Shown here: in pieces, positions 37,184 through 50,806 of the stretch | Layout: each line of letters opens with the position of its first letter | How positions within the stretch are numbered: the stretch's first letter is position 1 | From: Eledone cirrhosa | Taxonomy: Eukaryota | DNA length: 64,000 nucleotides | Reading direction: 5' to 3' | Assembly (NCBI GenBank): GCA_964016885.1 | Contig: OZ024743.1 | Span: 245,210,001 to 245,274,000 of the forward strand | Position numbers and translations under genes: made by a program | The notes under the pieces: model-generated | Seen by the model: the letters and a program-made list of their open reading frames with translations, nothing else | What the model was told of the DNA's origin: nothing | Databases searched by the model: none

Positions 37184-38553
37184 TCGGTAGAGGGTCGGAC
37201 GCCATGCTTTCCATCATAGTTACGTCCCTTTACGGCCTGAGTTCAAATCCCGCCGAGGTTGACTTTGCCTTTCATCCTTACGGGGTCGATAAAATAAAGT
37301 ACCAGTAATGCACTGGGTAATTGCTGGCCTTGTGCCTAAAGTAGAAACAATTATTATTTAGTGGATTGGCAGTACCGGTAGAGGGTCGGACGGCATGTTT
37401 TGACGCATAGTTACGGCCCTTGCCATTCTGAGTTCAAATCCCGCCGAGGTTAACTTTGCCTTTCATCCTTACGGGGTCGATAAAATAAAGTACCAGTAAT
37501 GCACTGAGTAATTGCTGGCCTTGTGCCAAAAGTAGAAACAATTATTTAATTTTTGTTAATGTTTAGTCAGGGAAAGAACAACAGTGCCCATGACTCTAAG
37601 ACTGCTGGGATGGAGAAAGGAATGTCTTTCCAGTCCACAGACTTACCCCCTTCCCTGAAATGCTTGCAACAGATTAGACTTTGATAAAGACACCTTAGAC
37701 GCAGATTGTGTGAAACAGGGTGATGGTATTTATTGAGAAATAAGTTGTAGTTTTTTATAATTTATTTCTGTTTATGACATATATTTGTAATAATTATTGG
37801 CTATATATTTTATGCAGTATACCTAAACTAAACCACAATAACCTCTTTTATTACTTTATAAATCTATTATGGTCGCATACATAGATAGTGAGTTGAAAAA
37901 TTTCAAGAAATTATAATTTCTTGAATTATAGTTCAAATTCTGCCATCGTCAACTTAGCGTTTCATCCTTCTGGGGTTAATAAAATTAAGTACCATTCAAG
38001 TACTAGTCGATATAATCAACTTTCCCTTTCTGGCCTTGCGTCTAAATTAGGAACCATTATTAGTAACAATAAAGGGCGATGGATTGGCAGTATCAGTAGA
38101 GGGTCGGACGCCATGCTTTCCAGCATAGTTACGTCCCTTTACGATCTGAGTTCAAATCCCGCCGAGGTCGACTTTGCCTTTCATCCTTACGGGGTCGATA
38201 AAATAAAGTACCAGTAATGCACTGGGTAATTGCTGGCTTTGTGCCTAAAGTAGAAACAATTATTAGTAACAATAATATTGTTATTATTAGCACTGGGGTT
38301 GATTTAATCAACTTTCCCTTTCCCTTCAAATTGCTGGCCTTGCGCCCAAATCAGAAACCATTGTGGATTGGCAGTATCAGTAGAGGGTTGGACGCCATGC
38401 TTTGACGCAAAGAATTACGTCCCTTTACGATCTGAGTTCAAATCCCGCCGAGGTTAACTTTGCCTTTCATCCTTACGGGGTCGATAAAATAAAGTACCAG
38501 TAATGTACTGAGTAATTTCTGGCCTTGTGCCAAAAGTAGAAACAATTATTATT
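37184..38553 (+). mobile_element. Cluster of young SINE-A copies (37184-37358, 37361-37545, 38073-38263, 38363-38553) with older fragments between them
   Basis: Four near-identical ~180-bp units, two of them directly head-to-tail. Confidence 0.92.
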
Positions 38554-38964
38554 ATTCACTCATGGTTTTCTTCCATAAATCAGATTTGTATTACTACTTA
38601 TTCCTATTGTTATTGGTTATTTTCTGTCTTACCTTTCTAATTTTACCTTGACATTCCAGAGGAGTGCATGTGTTTTCTGTGAGATCAGCAGGGAATGAAC
38701 CACCACTAACCACTTAGTTACAAGTTCAAACCATACTATTTACATTGGTTCCTAAATTCGCTTTTCTGTAAAGAACATTTGACACTTTACAAATATGTGT
38801 GTTTGTGTGGTTTATCGTAAAAAAAATATTGAACTTGCTTTTCATTCTCATGAGTTTGATAAAATTAGGTTGTTTTTTTTTGGGGGGGGGGGGGGGGTGA
38901 ATACTGTATTCTTGCTTTTATTAGCAATAACATTCTAGCTTCAAGACAGCATTTTGGCAGTGAC

Positions 38965-39370
38965 TTGTCTTTTTCTTTTTTTTTCATAAATAGATGTTTA
39001 TTTTAAAAATAAAATTTAATAAGAAAAAATTAAAAAAGGGGAAACAAAGGGAAAGAAAGAATAAGGAAATATAGAAAGAAAAAGAATGGGGAGGGGGTGA
39101 CAAGAGCTCTGGTGTTGCAGAAGAGAGGAGAGAGGGTGATTGGGCTTTGGGCCTCGGGCAAGAGGGCAGAAGTGCTGCGCCCACTGACAAGATGGCAAGA
39201 GCATTCCCTCGGACGATAGCCAGTGACACCCGCTGCAACAGCCACGCAACCACACAGGGCTCCCTCCTCAGATGGGCTGCCGATGTTTCGATCTTGCAGA
39301 GGAGCTTGACAGTATGGGGTCCAAGTACGCCTGAGGTCTCGACGGCAACCAGTGTAAAGAGGAAGCGGAC
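38965..39370 (-). mobile_element. 5'-truncated CRE-clade non-LTR element, C-terminus plus A-rich tail
   Basis: Open minus frame RFLFTLVAVETSGVLGPHTVKLLCKI...WLLQRVSLAIVRGNALAILS matches the CRE motif (ETxG..G...QRxSxAxxRGNA). Confidence 0.85.
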
Positions 39371-39850
39371 AAATAAACCCCTGTATTTTATACATAGGAT
39401 TGCATATAAAGAAACAACACTAGTCCTTAAGAGTTACTTTCCAATAAATATGTTCTTATATTTTTTATTGGCATTAATCATTGGGGCTCTGCTTTGGAGG
39501 GTTTAGACGGTCATATCGACCTCACTTGTTATCTTATCAAAGCATGAGTTTTACATTGTGTAGGCTTGTAAGTCTGTATGTGTTACTGTGTCTGTGTATC
39601 TGTCTATGCATGTCTCAGTATGTGTGAATATGTCGCTGTCAGTGGGTGTGAGCATGTGCATGATTCAGAATTTTTTTAGTGCGTGTAATTATGTATATTT
39701 GTATATAAGCAACTAAATGTATGTACGTACGTATGTGTGTGTGTTTATTATATATTCGGCATTTAGCGACAACAGTTAACATTTATAACACACAGACAAA
39801 ATGTAGAGATTGATTAATTGTGGTGAGGGGAATATATGTTTACTTCACTT

Positions 39851-39884
<34 letters not shown>

Positions 39885-40087
39885 TATACATATATTGTAC
39901 TACAGAGTGTTATTATATACATAATGTACTGACCTATATCCATACAGATTTCTTATAAATCCATTTTCTCTCTCAATACCCACCACCAGCTGGTGTTAGA
40001 TTTAGTAAAAGGAATTTTTTTCTTTTTTAATGTCAATCAATGTATGTCATTTCCTGCTAATTTCTTTGTATCATTATCTTCTACGAA

Positions 40088-40266
40088 TTGGCAGTATTGT
40101 AGAGGGTCGGGCACCATGCTTTCCAGCATAGCTACGTCCTTTTACGGTCTGAGTTCAAATCCTGTCGAGGTTAACTTTGCCTTTCATCCTTACGGGGTCG
40201 ATAAAATAAAGTACCAGTAATGTACTGGGTAATTGCTGGCCTTGTGCCAAAAGTAGAAACAATTAT
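40088..40266 (+). mobile_element. SINE family A
   Basis: Same unit as the copies at 37-38 kb. Confidence 0.9.
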
Positions 40267-41441
40267 CTTCTCCATCCCTGGCTAAATACTAGGTAAGATC
40301 TGTAGCCAGCCTTTTGATGTTAGATTTAAGGAACAGATAGCAATTTTGTTAAAGTTTGCTAATTTGAATTCTCAAGTATTTTTTAACATCCTATGAAGCT
40401 GCATTAACAAGAACTTCTTGACAAAAAAGTAATAAATGATTCTGACAGCTTCACATTAAAAAGTAATCATTACTCTAATACTGTAAATTTTCATACTGAT
40501 CTGTCCATTAATAAAGACACTTATAAACATTTGAATTAACAAAACTTTTAAGGTATTTTCTACTAGGGAATTAAAAGTTCAATATACTTTTCTCATAAAT
40601 ATGTTTAGCTCCAGCTCAGCCTTAATTGAGTTGACCTATGATCAAGGGCATAAAATCCTGTCTTTGTTTTCAATACATTGTATATCTAGGAATACATCAT
40701 CTATTGTACTTTCTTGTTTTAAGATGGTTGAGATATGACTATTTTTAGCATGTCGAATGACCTTGTACCCCATTGGTTTCTAAATATATCAGTAGTGGAA
40801 AATTGTACTTTTTAATCTAGGAGTAAAATCCCTTCCCCCTTTTTTTTTCTTTCATGTTAAAACATAGATGGGAGGTTTTTATTGAAGCAACGATTTCATT
40901 TTACAGCTGTTGGCTCTACAAATTAACCACTTAAAAGTGAAAATATGAGGTGTAGGTTCCCCATTGTCAGTCAAACTGGGATAGGGTAATAATTGTACCT
41001 TGGGGCACATGTCAGTAAAGTTTTAATTTGTAGCCTTATTTTGTTTTGTTTCTTTTTTAGCACCCATAATCTAGATGATTTCTACAACAATGCTTTATCA
41101 AATAAAGATATTAATTTATTAAAATTTTGAATATTGCATCTTAAAGTTGTTATATTGATTCAAGCTTATTGTTGTTACATATCACGTCAATACTTGTTTT
41201 ACGACTGGATACCTCTCCTGATGCCAACTCCATTAGTTGCCTCTTACGACACACAGGAATATGGTATGCTTATTCTAAGTTTGATACACACAGATAGGGT
41301 AAATTTGATAACGTATGATTTGTTTTGTTGAAGTTTAAGTATAAATCAAGAACTTTATACAATGATTTTCTATTGATTTTATTTTTGTAAATTTGTAATA
41401 TTTTATTAAATATTGAGTTTTTATTTGTATTGATTTTGTAG

Positions 41442-41515
41442 GGCAACCATCTTGAGTGAAGTTCAGTCGAGTTCAGCTTCTAAATTATCCAACATCAAAT
41501 CAATCCTTGTGATCG
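41442..41515 (+). CDS. DYNC1LI: Dynein LIC coding exon 2 (74 nt: W-ATILSEVQSSSASKLSNIKSILVI-G)
   Basis: Acceptor tgattttgtag| and donor |gttagt. Phases fit exons 1 and 3, and the peptide resembles LIC 'ILSEVS...SKLP..KNVL.LG'. Too short to appear in the ORF track. Confidence 0.92.
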
Positions 41516-41656
41516 GTTAGTATCTTCTTTTGTATTTACTTTCTATATCAAAATATATATATATATGGAAAGTTATATTTAAATTGTTGGGTTAACGAGT
41601 AAATATTTATAACTGATATAAAAGCACTCAACAAGTATTTGGAGTATTTAATATCA

Positions 41657-41688
<32 letters not shown>

Positions 41689-41729
41689 GTTTAATTTATT
41701 CTGAAATAAAAATAAAATGCATTTCTTGG

Positions 41730-41977
41730 TATATTAGAAAATCAGAATAGAAGATACCCCCCCCCCCCCCCCAAACCACCATTATCGCATCAAAGACACT
41801 ATTTCTTTCTTAAAATAACGTATATAAGCTGATCCCTCTATTTTATGTCCAAATCCCATTTATAAGTCAGGGCAGCTAATCAACACATTGTTTAGATGAC
41901 AAATATGTTGTCGCTCCTGCCCCCAATCAACTTTTATTTTTTTCTTCCTCGGCTTATATTCGAGTATATATATGGTA
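41730..41977. mobile_element. Degenerate Tc1/mariner-type MITE
   Basis: Ends cggcttatattcgagtatatatatggta; related fragments near 49430-49530 and 52300-52365. Confidence 0.5.
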
Positions 41978-42556
41978 CGTCTGGAAAATTTACTCTATAC
42001 TAGAGGACAAAGGTTATATAACCCTCCACTTTGGTTAGAATTGGTTTATGTCTGTTCAGCAGTAATTGTAACTCCCGTATTTGATCTGATTGTAGTGTAT
42101 CAATTATATTTAAGATGATGATGATGATAGTAAATAGAAAATATTTTTTTTTTAATATACTTGTCAGATGGTGGAAGACAAGCCAACTGATAAGTAGCAA
42201 TTTACTAGTTACCTTATTAATTTTACTTGTAAATTTGTACTCATGAAAATACATGTTGTGTATCAATTTTACCTGTATTTTCATTAGTAGAATGAATTTT
42301 AACTGTATTCTTTTCTCAGATTCTGTATGTATTTGGTTGAGAATAAGTACACCGTACCCCTGCATGTCGTAAGAGGCACCCAAAATAGTTGGCACCAGGA
42401 AGGACATCTGGTTGTAAAACATTGCTTCAAAAATAACCCCATGATGAGTATGAAACTTTTCATAGGGCCTACAAGGCTAACTCATGCTTTAACTGAGAAA
42501 AATGGCCATAAAACACATGTGGTGTGTTGTTTTACTTTTCTCAAAGAACCTTAATT

Positions 42557-42774
42557 TTAAACCTTTAACATTCACATTACTCTATATATATACTATTGTA
42601 TTTTCACAGTAAAGGCTTTATCTCACATAATATTGAATCCTTGAGATTTTGATATTATTTATTTTGAGAACAATACTTTAACATCAACATGAGTGGCCGA
42701 TTATGGCCAGTTTGAAGAGAAAGAGGGGAGAGAATTCTGGCCAGATATGACCAGTTTGAACATTAAAGGGTTAA
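42557..42774. mobile_element. TTAA-flanked (piggyBac-like) MITE family 1; other copies at about 56989-57190 (reverse) and 63515-63720
   Basis: ttaaacctttaacattca...tgaacattaaagggttaa termini; three homologous copies in the window. Confidence 0.8.
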
Positions 42775-42934
42775 GGAGGTGCTATCAAATGACAAAAGAA
42801 TTAAAATTATAGTACGTTTAAAATGTTATCTAGTAAAAGTTTTAAAAAATGCAAGCTATAAATTATTAATAGCAATCTATATGTATCTAAACCACTACCC
42901 TATTCTTAATAGCAAGGAAAACAGGCTTTAATTG

Positions 42935-43330
42935 ATGATATGTGAACAACAGGATCTATTTGTATCTTAACTTTATAAGGGATCAACAGAATCTGTCACT
43001 AAGTCACTATGTGATCAACAGGATCTAGATATCACTGAGCCATTAACTATAAGGGAAATATAGCTTCTATATGTCACTAAACCACTAACTATAAGGGATC
43101 AACGTGATCTCTATGTCCCTAAGTCACTAACCATAAGTGATCAACTGTATCTATATGTCCCTAAGTCACTACTATGTCATCAATAGGATTTAAATCACTA
43201 AGCCACTGACAATGTGATCAACATGATCTGTATGTCACTAAAACACTAACTATAATTGATCCACTGTATCTATATGTCTCTAAGCCACTATGTGATCATG
43301 ATTTATATGTTGCTAAGTTGCTGACAAAGC
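42935..43330. repeat. Degenerate ~36-42-bp minisatellite
   Basis: Repeated gtcactaagccactaactataagggatcaacaggatctatat-like units. Confidence 0.85.
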
Positions 43331-43869
43331 ATCTTGATAAAGTATGTGAAAGTGCTGAGATTTTACTCTTTTATTTTTTTACCTGTTCCAGCCATCCGGC
43401 TGAGGCCATGCTGGGGCACCCCCCTTGATATTGTATTTATTTTTATTTTATTTTCAAATTCTTGGACTCAAAATTTACACCAGGAGAATTCTGTAAATAA
43501 AGGGCTGAAAACATTTGATTGGTAGTGATGTTGGAACTCTGTCGATTCTGACAAGTGTTCCAGTTGATTTGCTCAAGAAATTAATATGCAAGTAACTGAG
43601 CATTCCACACACATGTACACTTAACATAATCCTCAGGAAGATTCAACATGATTATGGGACTAGACTGGCCCTTTGAATTACAAGTACAGCTCATTTTTTT
43701 CTCAGCTGAATCGACTGGAGCAACATGAAGTAATGTTTTGCTCAGGGAGACAATGTACTGACAGTAATCAAACTCACAACCTTATGGTTATGAGTTGAAC
43801 ATCCTAACCATTAAATCATGCACGTTCACAATTATTAGTGTAATACTGAATTGATTCTGTTAAGAAATA

Positions 43870-44097
43870 ATGGTTTCTTATATAGGCACAAGGCCAGCAA
43901 TTTTTTTTTTTTTGGGGGGGGGGGGTGTCGATTAAATCGACCCCAGTGCGTGACTGGTACTTTATTTTGTCGACCCCGTAAGGATGAAAAGCAAAGTTAA
44001 ACTCAGCGGGATTTGAACTCAGATCATAAAGGGCCGTAACTCTATGCTGCAGAGCATGGTGTCCGACCCTCTACCGATACTGCCAATCCACTGCCCT
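43870..44097 (-). mobile_element. SINE family A (antisense, intron 2)
   Basis: Reverse complement of the SINE-A unit, long-tail variant. Confidence 0.88.
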
Positions 44098-44132
44098 CTG
44101 TTAAGAAATAATGGAAAAAAAACAGTATGGAT

Positions 44133-44393
44133 TAGTGGTTCCCAAATTTTTGTCACAGAACCCTTATATGATTTTCCCCCAAATTGCAGAATGCATAACT
44201 ATATATTATGAATAATCTCCACTATAGTTTTAATAAGATATTGAATGAAAGAAAAATTGTTTTAGAGAGGGAATTTATTCATAAAACAAAAAAAAAAAAA
44301 AAAATTTAAACTTTAAGACACCTTATCTTGCAAAACCCCAGAATGTTTTTTTTTTTTTTTTTCCTTACAAAACCTACTTGGAAAAACACTGAT
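44133..44393. mobile_element. hAT/Charlie-like MITE; related copy at about 50566-50788
   Basis: tagtggttcccaaa...ttggaaaaacactg termini; the two copies share their interior. Confidence 0.6.
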
Positions 44394-45885
44394 TTAGATA
44401 AAGATCTGAAAATGCTTATCCTTAGGAGTGTTTATAAAACAGGTTGTCTTTGTCATGTTTCTTGACATTCTTCCATATATAGAGCTTACAATATTAAAGT
44501 ATGTGAACTTTCTGCCTACAAATGGGTTGTTCAGAGAGCATTAGCTGACAGTAACATTTTATTATTGAAATAGATCTGCTTTGAAAGACATACCTACCCA
44601 ACCTGAAGTTCAAACAACCTTTTGCTTTTTCTGTCATTCAGAAAAGCTAACTTACTGGCTTCAGTTTTTACATTATCTCTACTGTTTCATATAAACAATA
44701 CATTTTTTTTATCGTTTAGTCAGAAAAGAAGGGCAGTGCCCATAATTTTTTTAGGGTTTCTAAACCTGTTGGGAGGGAGGGAGTTATCCTAAAACTGGAG
44801 ACCTGGTCTTAATGCTTAAAGCACCACTTTGGTGATGGTGTTAAACCAGGTGACAGATTTAGTCTACCACCTAAGCAGGCCATGATAGAATTTGATCTCA
44901 GAACACAGAACTGAAACAAATACAGCAAAATATCCAGGCCAGTGTTCTAGCAATTCCACCAATCAAGATTGGTACTTTACCAATTTATCAACTCTGTAAG
45001 TATGGAAGGCAATGTTGACCGTGACAGAATTTGAATTCAGAACTTCTAATTCCAACTGTTCATATGACAATAAATATAATAGAATTAATATTAATCTCAT
45101 GTTTACGTTTCAGGAATTGCTAGATTAGTAAAGGGCTTTTGTTATGTCCTGAATAAAAATAAAAAAATCATTTTTTGTGTATTTGTATACTTGTAGTTGT
45201 CACCAAGGATGGATTGTGCCAGCTCAGACCAGTGCATCAATAGCACTGGGTGAATACTGGCACAAGTGTACGGTCAGTGTTTGAAATTTTTCAGGGACTC
45301 CTAGACTGATATGAAGGAAGGGAGGGAGGTATCCAGGTTCCATAATTCTACTTGTATACATATCTTTAAGCTATAATTGATTGATTTCAGATATAGTTGC
45401 TTAAGTCTTATGAAACTTACATTAGAAATACAGATTCTGGTTTTCATTCTATGGTGAGGATATTGTAGATATATCTGAAGATAAAAGAAATTAATCAAAA
45501 ATATATTGTGTATAGAAACAAGATCAATAGTCTGGAATGCCCATACTACAATAATAACTCTGTGATTGCCAAAAACACACTGGTACACCTTTATGTCTCA
45601 CTTCTTGTGTACCAAATACATTAAGTTTTAGCTGAGTTTGTGAAACACCTATCCAGATAAAATAAAGCAAATTTGATCAAAATATCTTCTTTTTTTTTCT
45701 AAATATGGTCCAAACACTCCATGTTAATTCTTAGTTCATTCTTTTATCAAATCTAAAGTTACAAAATTTTTTTATTCTCTGAATTGAATTAGTGACAGCT
45801 ATGTAAATATGTAAAAATGGTGATATTTGAATATGATTTTTGAAATTAGGCTTTCATATCTATAACAGTTCCTTCTCTATTTCAG

Positions 45886-46002
45886 GTGACACAGAATCTG
45901 GTAAAACAACACTAATTGCTAAATTGCAAGGTAATGAGGACCCTAAAAAAGGTGCTGGTTTGGAATATTACCATATTGATGTCAAAGATGAATACAGAGA
46001 TG
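45886..46002 (+). CDS. DYNC1LI: Dynein LIC coding exon 3 (117 nt, Walker A GDTESGKT...KKGAGLEYYHIDVKDEYRD)
   Basis: Acceptor ttctctatttcag| and donor |gtaatt. GxxxxGKT P-loop plus the LIC-typical KKGxGLEY motif. Confidence 0.95.
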
Positions 46003-47602
46003 GTAATTTCTTCACTTTAACTTTTATTCTTCACCTTATGAAAGTAATATTTTATTATATGAAATCATCAGTTGTTCCAAGTTTCTATTTTTTATGAATA
46101 CACCATTATAAGAATGGTTGTCTGTGTTTCGTGTGAAATAATTTGGCTATAGATGTGGATATTTCAGCTTTTTTGGGTGGTGTAGTGTATGCAGTACTAG
46201 TTCCACCCTTTATTATACCCAGAGTTCATCTACTATGGCCTAACAAATGGAGACAGTGATAGCAAGGTCCCCAAATTGTATGTGTTCTGTTGGAGTGTTC
46301 TCTGCTTTATGCATGGCTTGACAAGACAGCTCTATCTCCCTAGGTTTGAGTCAGTTGTCCTTCTCTTTGTCTGACTTGGTTGTTTCCAGACAGCAGGCTC
46401 AGTGGAAACAAGAAGCACAAACAAGGTGTGGCTTTGATTACAGTAATGTAAGTGCACAGATGTCGGGGTCAAACCACTCCCATCAACCCCAACAGACTAT
46501 GTAAAAAATTAACATGTATATCAATATATAGTCTTGGGTGAGATAAGCAAATGCTGATGAATTGTTAAATAACAATGAGGCTGATTGGATTGATTCTCAT
46601 CACAAGCTGCCAAAAAAGCCCTTATGGGCTTAATTTCATAACATAACTGGCACTCTGATGGTTACGGCAACAAATGTTCTAGTTGACACAATCAATAAAG
46701 TAGCCTGCTTGTAAAATGAACATGCAGGTGGCTGAGCATTCTACAGACACATGTACCCTTAATGTAGTTCCCAGGTAGATTTGGTGTGACACAGAATGTG
46801 ACAAGGCCCTTTGAATTACAGGTACAACTCATTTTTTCCAGCTGAGCTGACTGGAACAATGTCAAATAAAGTGTCTTGCTCTAAGACACAATGCACCACT
46901 GGGAATCAAACTCAATGCGAGGTTAAATATAGCTGAACTGTAAACTTTGGATGTAATTATTTTTTATTTCTGCCACTAGTACACTTCAGAAAAGCAGATA
47001 CCTCAACTTTTATTCTACTTCCTCTGTTGGTCATCTGTGAAATCCAACAATTGGTCCTATGTATCACAGTGATATAAAGAGCATAAAATATCTTATTTCC
47101 AGTTAGCTCATTTTAATCTATAGCACTTGTTTCACAAACTGAGTAAATCAAAATAACATTTTTATGCTCATGTGTAAACTAAATTTAAAGTTTTAATTCA
47201 AGAAGATAACATTTTGATGTAATATGAACCAGTTTGAAGTAAAATAGCCTAGTTAATTGTTTACTTTATATCAATGGAAATATGAAGTGAACAACTGGTT
47301 AAATGTAAATGTTTGTTGGCATAGTTTACAAAACAAATGGCATATATTATTGAATATTGTTTGTAAAATTTGAAGATGACAATGAATTTACTATAAAAAT
47401 TGTATGAGGAAGTTGTTTGGAAACTAATGTTCAAGAATTTGTAATAAAGTTGAATGTTAAATTAGCTTTTAACTAGTTAGGTTGCTGAAATTATAGTCTA
47501 AACTCGAAGCAAAGATATAATTCTTTGAGATGTGTTTAAATATACATGCTATAAGTGTTAAACTTGCTAACCAATAAACTAGCTTAATTATAATAATAAG
47601 AA

Positions 47603-47770
47603 GAATTGTTTCTACTTTTGGCAGTGCATTACTGGTACTTTATTTTATCGACCCCGTAAGGATGAAAGGCAAAGTTTACCTTGGCGGGATTTGAACTCAG
47701 ATCATAAAGGGGCGTAACTCTGTGCTGCAAAGCATAGCGTCCGACCCTCTACCGATACTGCCAATCCAAC
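47603..47770 (-). mobile_element. SINE family A (antisense, intron 3)
   Basis: Reverse complement of the SINE-A unit. Confidence 0.88.
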
Positions 47771-47774
47771 GTCC

Positions 47775-48170
47775 ATTATTGTGTACAGTGCTCAGGTGCA
47801 CTACAACTCATCAAAAAGTGTGTGTATAATACATAGGGTAATGTACAAACGTCAGGAAAATGAACAGTGCATGAGTCATGATATACACATGCGTGCATGT
47901 GTATGGAAGGGGTACATCAGGTGTAGTTTTGACGAATTTCGGGAAGCATGAGGGTTTTAAAGGATGCAGTGTCTCGGCAGCTAACAACTGACGCAGGCAG
48001 TTTGCTCCATGCTTCAGCAACTCTGAGCGTGAAAAGATGTTTCAGAAAGTCATGGGAGCTGCGCTGTTTTCTGATTTTGTAGGCATGTCCACGCGTGTTA
48101 GACACATGGAGATCAAAAAGGTGCTCAGGGTTGTTGGCAAGATGGTTAATAACTTTGTAGGTGTTTCAGT
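47775..48170 (-). mobile_element. CR1-group LINE 3' end
   Basis: 'NTRGHAYKIRKQ...FTLRVAEAWSKLPASVV...FK' is the typical CR1 ORF2 C-terminus. Confidence 0.88.
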
Positions 48171-48267
48171 TGAATACTTTCAAGATTTTTTTTTTTTTTT
48201 TCTTTGCCAGACACTCCTGGTGTCATGATGAAATGTACCCAGGTCACTCTGTAATGTTGTTGGCAAT

Positions 48268-48490
48268 ATGAAGGCGCATGGCTTAGTGGTTGGAGCATTG
48301 TAAGTTCAATTCTCGAACTGGGTGATGTGTTGTTTCCTTGAGCAAGACACTTTATTTCATGTTGCTCCAGTTTACTCAGCTGCAGAAATGAGATGATAGG
48401 ACTGGGGTCCCTATCATTAAATCACCCAATACACTTCCAACGAGATATACCTTGGAGGAGGCCAGCTAAACCTGCATAGGTGTGAGCTGT
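48268..48490 (+). mobile_element. CORE-type SINE with the 'gctaaacctgcataggtgtgagctgt' tail; relatives at about 28835-29020, 35689-35900 and 59525-59772 (-)
   Basis: Same head and CORE block as 29663, different 3' region. Confidence 0.8.
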
Positions 48491-50285
48491 CACACACATT
48501 ATGAAGGTCATCCAGGTGTAGAAACCATCCCCAAAATGGAATGTATTAGTCCATATAGTCTTTGACTGTAACAACCTGTCCAACCCATACCACTATGGAA
48601 AAACGGATATTAAATGATGACATAATAGAAGTCATGATAGTGAAGTAAAACACGCGCACACACATAACTTTACATTCACTGATAAAATTCCACAGTATTA
48701 AGTGGTGTTAGTGATCGGATCATAGATATACAGCACCTTTTTATCACATTATATTATGCAGATATATAAGAAATATAACAAAAGTGAATATAAAGGTATA
48801 TATAAAGGTATATGTTTGTAAGTATTTTACATGGATATTATGATTTTTATTAGTGAAAATCAGCATAAATTACCTGAAACTTTAAAATATATAGTTTCAT
48901 ATTATAGAACCAGGAGTGGTTTCAAGCAATTTAGTACCAATTGTTAAAATAGCTTCAAGGCAGTGGCATTTCAAGCACTGGAATAAAATACTATTAAATT
49001 TCAGTGTGATGTGCCACCTGGAATTTGTGGTGCAGTTTCAATTTCTATTTGCGAGCCAACAAAAATCATAATACCCATGTAAGATACACACATTATCATC
49101 ATCATTTAACATCCACCTTCCATGCTAGCATGGGTAGGGCGGGCTGTCCCTTTGTACTTTGTGAGGGATCAGGTCGGGGGACCGTGATTCGCTCGCTCAG
49201 AACTGATTTGGCTTGGTGTCTATGACTGGATGCCCTTTCTAAAACCTACATGACCACTTTACATTGCAGACTGGGCGTTCGCTTTTGGCATGACACCTAC
49301 ATGACTACTATAGTGGGCTGGGCTCTTTATATTCACTTGTTATATTAATCTAAAAATCTTCCACTATAATTTTGTGTAAGAAACTTGTTTGAGTATATAT
49401 GAGAATTTTCTCATTATCTAGTCTTTAGAACATAACTTAAATATGTCGAACTCCCCCCTCTCTATTTTATGTTTGAGAAATAGGCATAAATTCAAACCCC
49501 ATGTATAAGCCAAGGCAGCTAATTAACAATGAAATTCTAACGAGTGGAGATTATATTTATGTTTTAGTAATTTGATATTTAAAATGTTTTAAGTGTCGTT
49601 TAGAGTATAGTTTTTATTTCACAACTCCATTATGTAATTAATTTTTACTAATTTCCAATTGCTTTGAAGGCCATATTCATTCAAAACATTTCAAAAACAA
49701 TAGGAAAGACATAATATTCACCTCCGAAGTGAAAATACTTTAGCACCACCTCATTTATGTAGAATTTCGAAGTTGGTGAAAATTGACAAAATATTGACCT
49801 CAAATATAATTTGACCCATGAGAGCGTAGGACAAAATGCTTTGCAGTATTTGTTTCAGGTTTTTGTTCTTTGAATTTAAACCCTACTAAGGTCAACTTTG
49901 TTTTTCATTCTTTCAGGGTCCATAAAATAAAGTACCATCCAGGGTGGTGACTTAGTGAAATTGTTAGTATTGGTTGGGATACATGTGGTATTTTTTCCAG
50001 CTCTTTACATTTTGAGTTTAAATGCTGCTGTGACCTACTTAAATGGTAGATAATCCATCTCCCAATTCAGTACCACCATTTGATCCTTGGTTACCTTTAG
50101 CAGAGTTTTCTCTACTGCAAACATACAAGCTAGGTTTCCATTTTGAGAATATCTCCTTAATTCGTCTTGGAGACTTTGAAAAGGGTCATGGGCTTTTCAT
50201 TCCTCTTAATTAAACAGCAAAAAAGAAAAAAAAAACTCTGATAATGTTAATTTTGTATACTAATTCTAGTTTCATTTGTCTTCAG

Positions 50286-50516
50286 ATCAAACACGTCTTG
50301 GTGCCTGGATCCTTGATGGGGACACACAGCATACAAATTTATTGAAATATGCACTTACTGAAGAAAACTTCGCTCACACCTTAGTACTGTTGGTTGTATC
50401 AATGGCTCAGCCATGGAGTATTATGGACTCGTTACAAAAATGGATTACAATACTTAGACAGCACATTGAAAAACTAAAGATTCCAAAGGATACTCGACAC
50501 AAGTATGAACAAAGTT
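50286..50516 (+). CDS. DYNC1LI: Dynein LIC coding exon 4 (231 nt: D-QTRLGAWILDGD...SMAQPWSIMDSLQKW...YEQS); gene continues past the window
   Basis: Acceptor tttgtcttcag| and donor |gtaagt. WILDGD and xxPW..SLQKW motifs of dynein LIC, in phase with exon 3. Confidence 0.95.
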
Positions 50517-50806
50517 GTAAGTAAAAAATGTTTGCTTTTATCTTTTGAATTGCATATAGTTATATGGTGGTTCCTAAACTTATTTTGTTTGTGGAATCTT
50601 TGTGATTTTCCTAATATCACAGAACCAATACCTATATTTTAAGGACAATCCTCTCTACTATCCTTATTAGGCATTAAATAAAACAAATTGTTTTCATGAA
50701 AAAATTTACTTTTTTTTTTTAATTTAAAAACCTTATTTAGCAAAAAACCCAAAATTCTTTTCACATAACCCATTGGGAAACATTTGACTAGTTGCAATAT
50801 TAACAT

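Noticed and set aside
37184-38553. Regularly repeated units that might suggest a CRISPR-like array
   Set aside because: The units are ~180-bp tRNA-derived SINEs in a eukaryotic intron; no repeat-spacer structure or cas genes.
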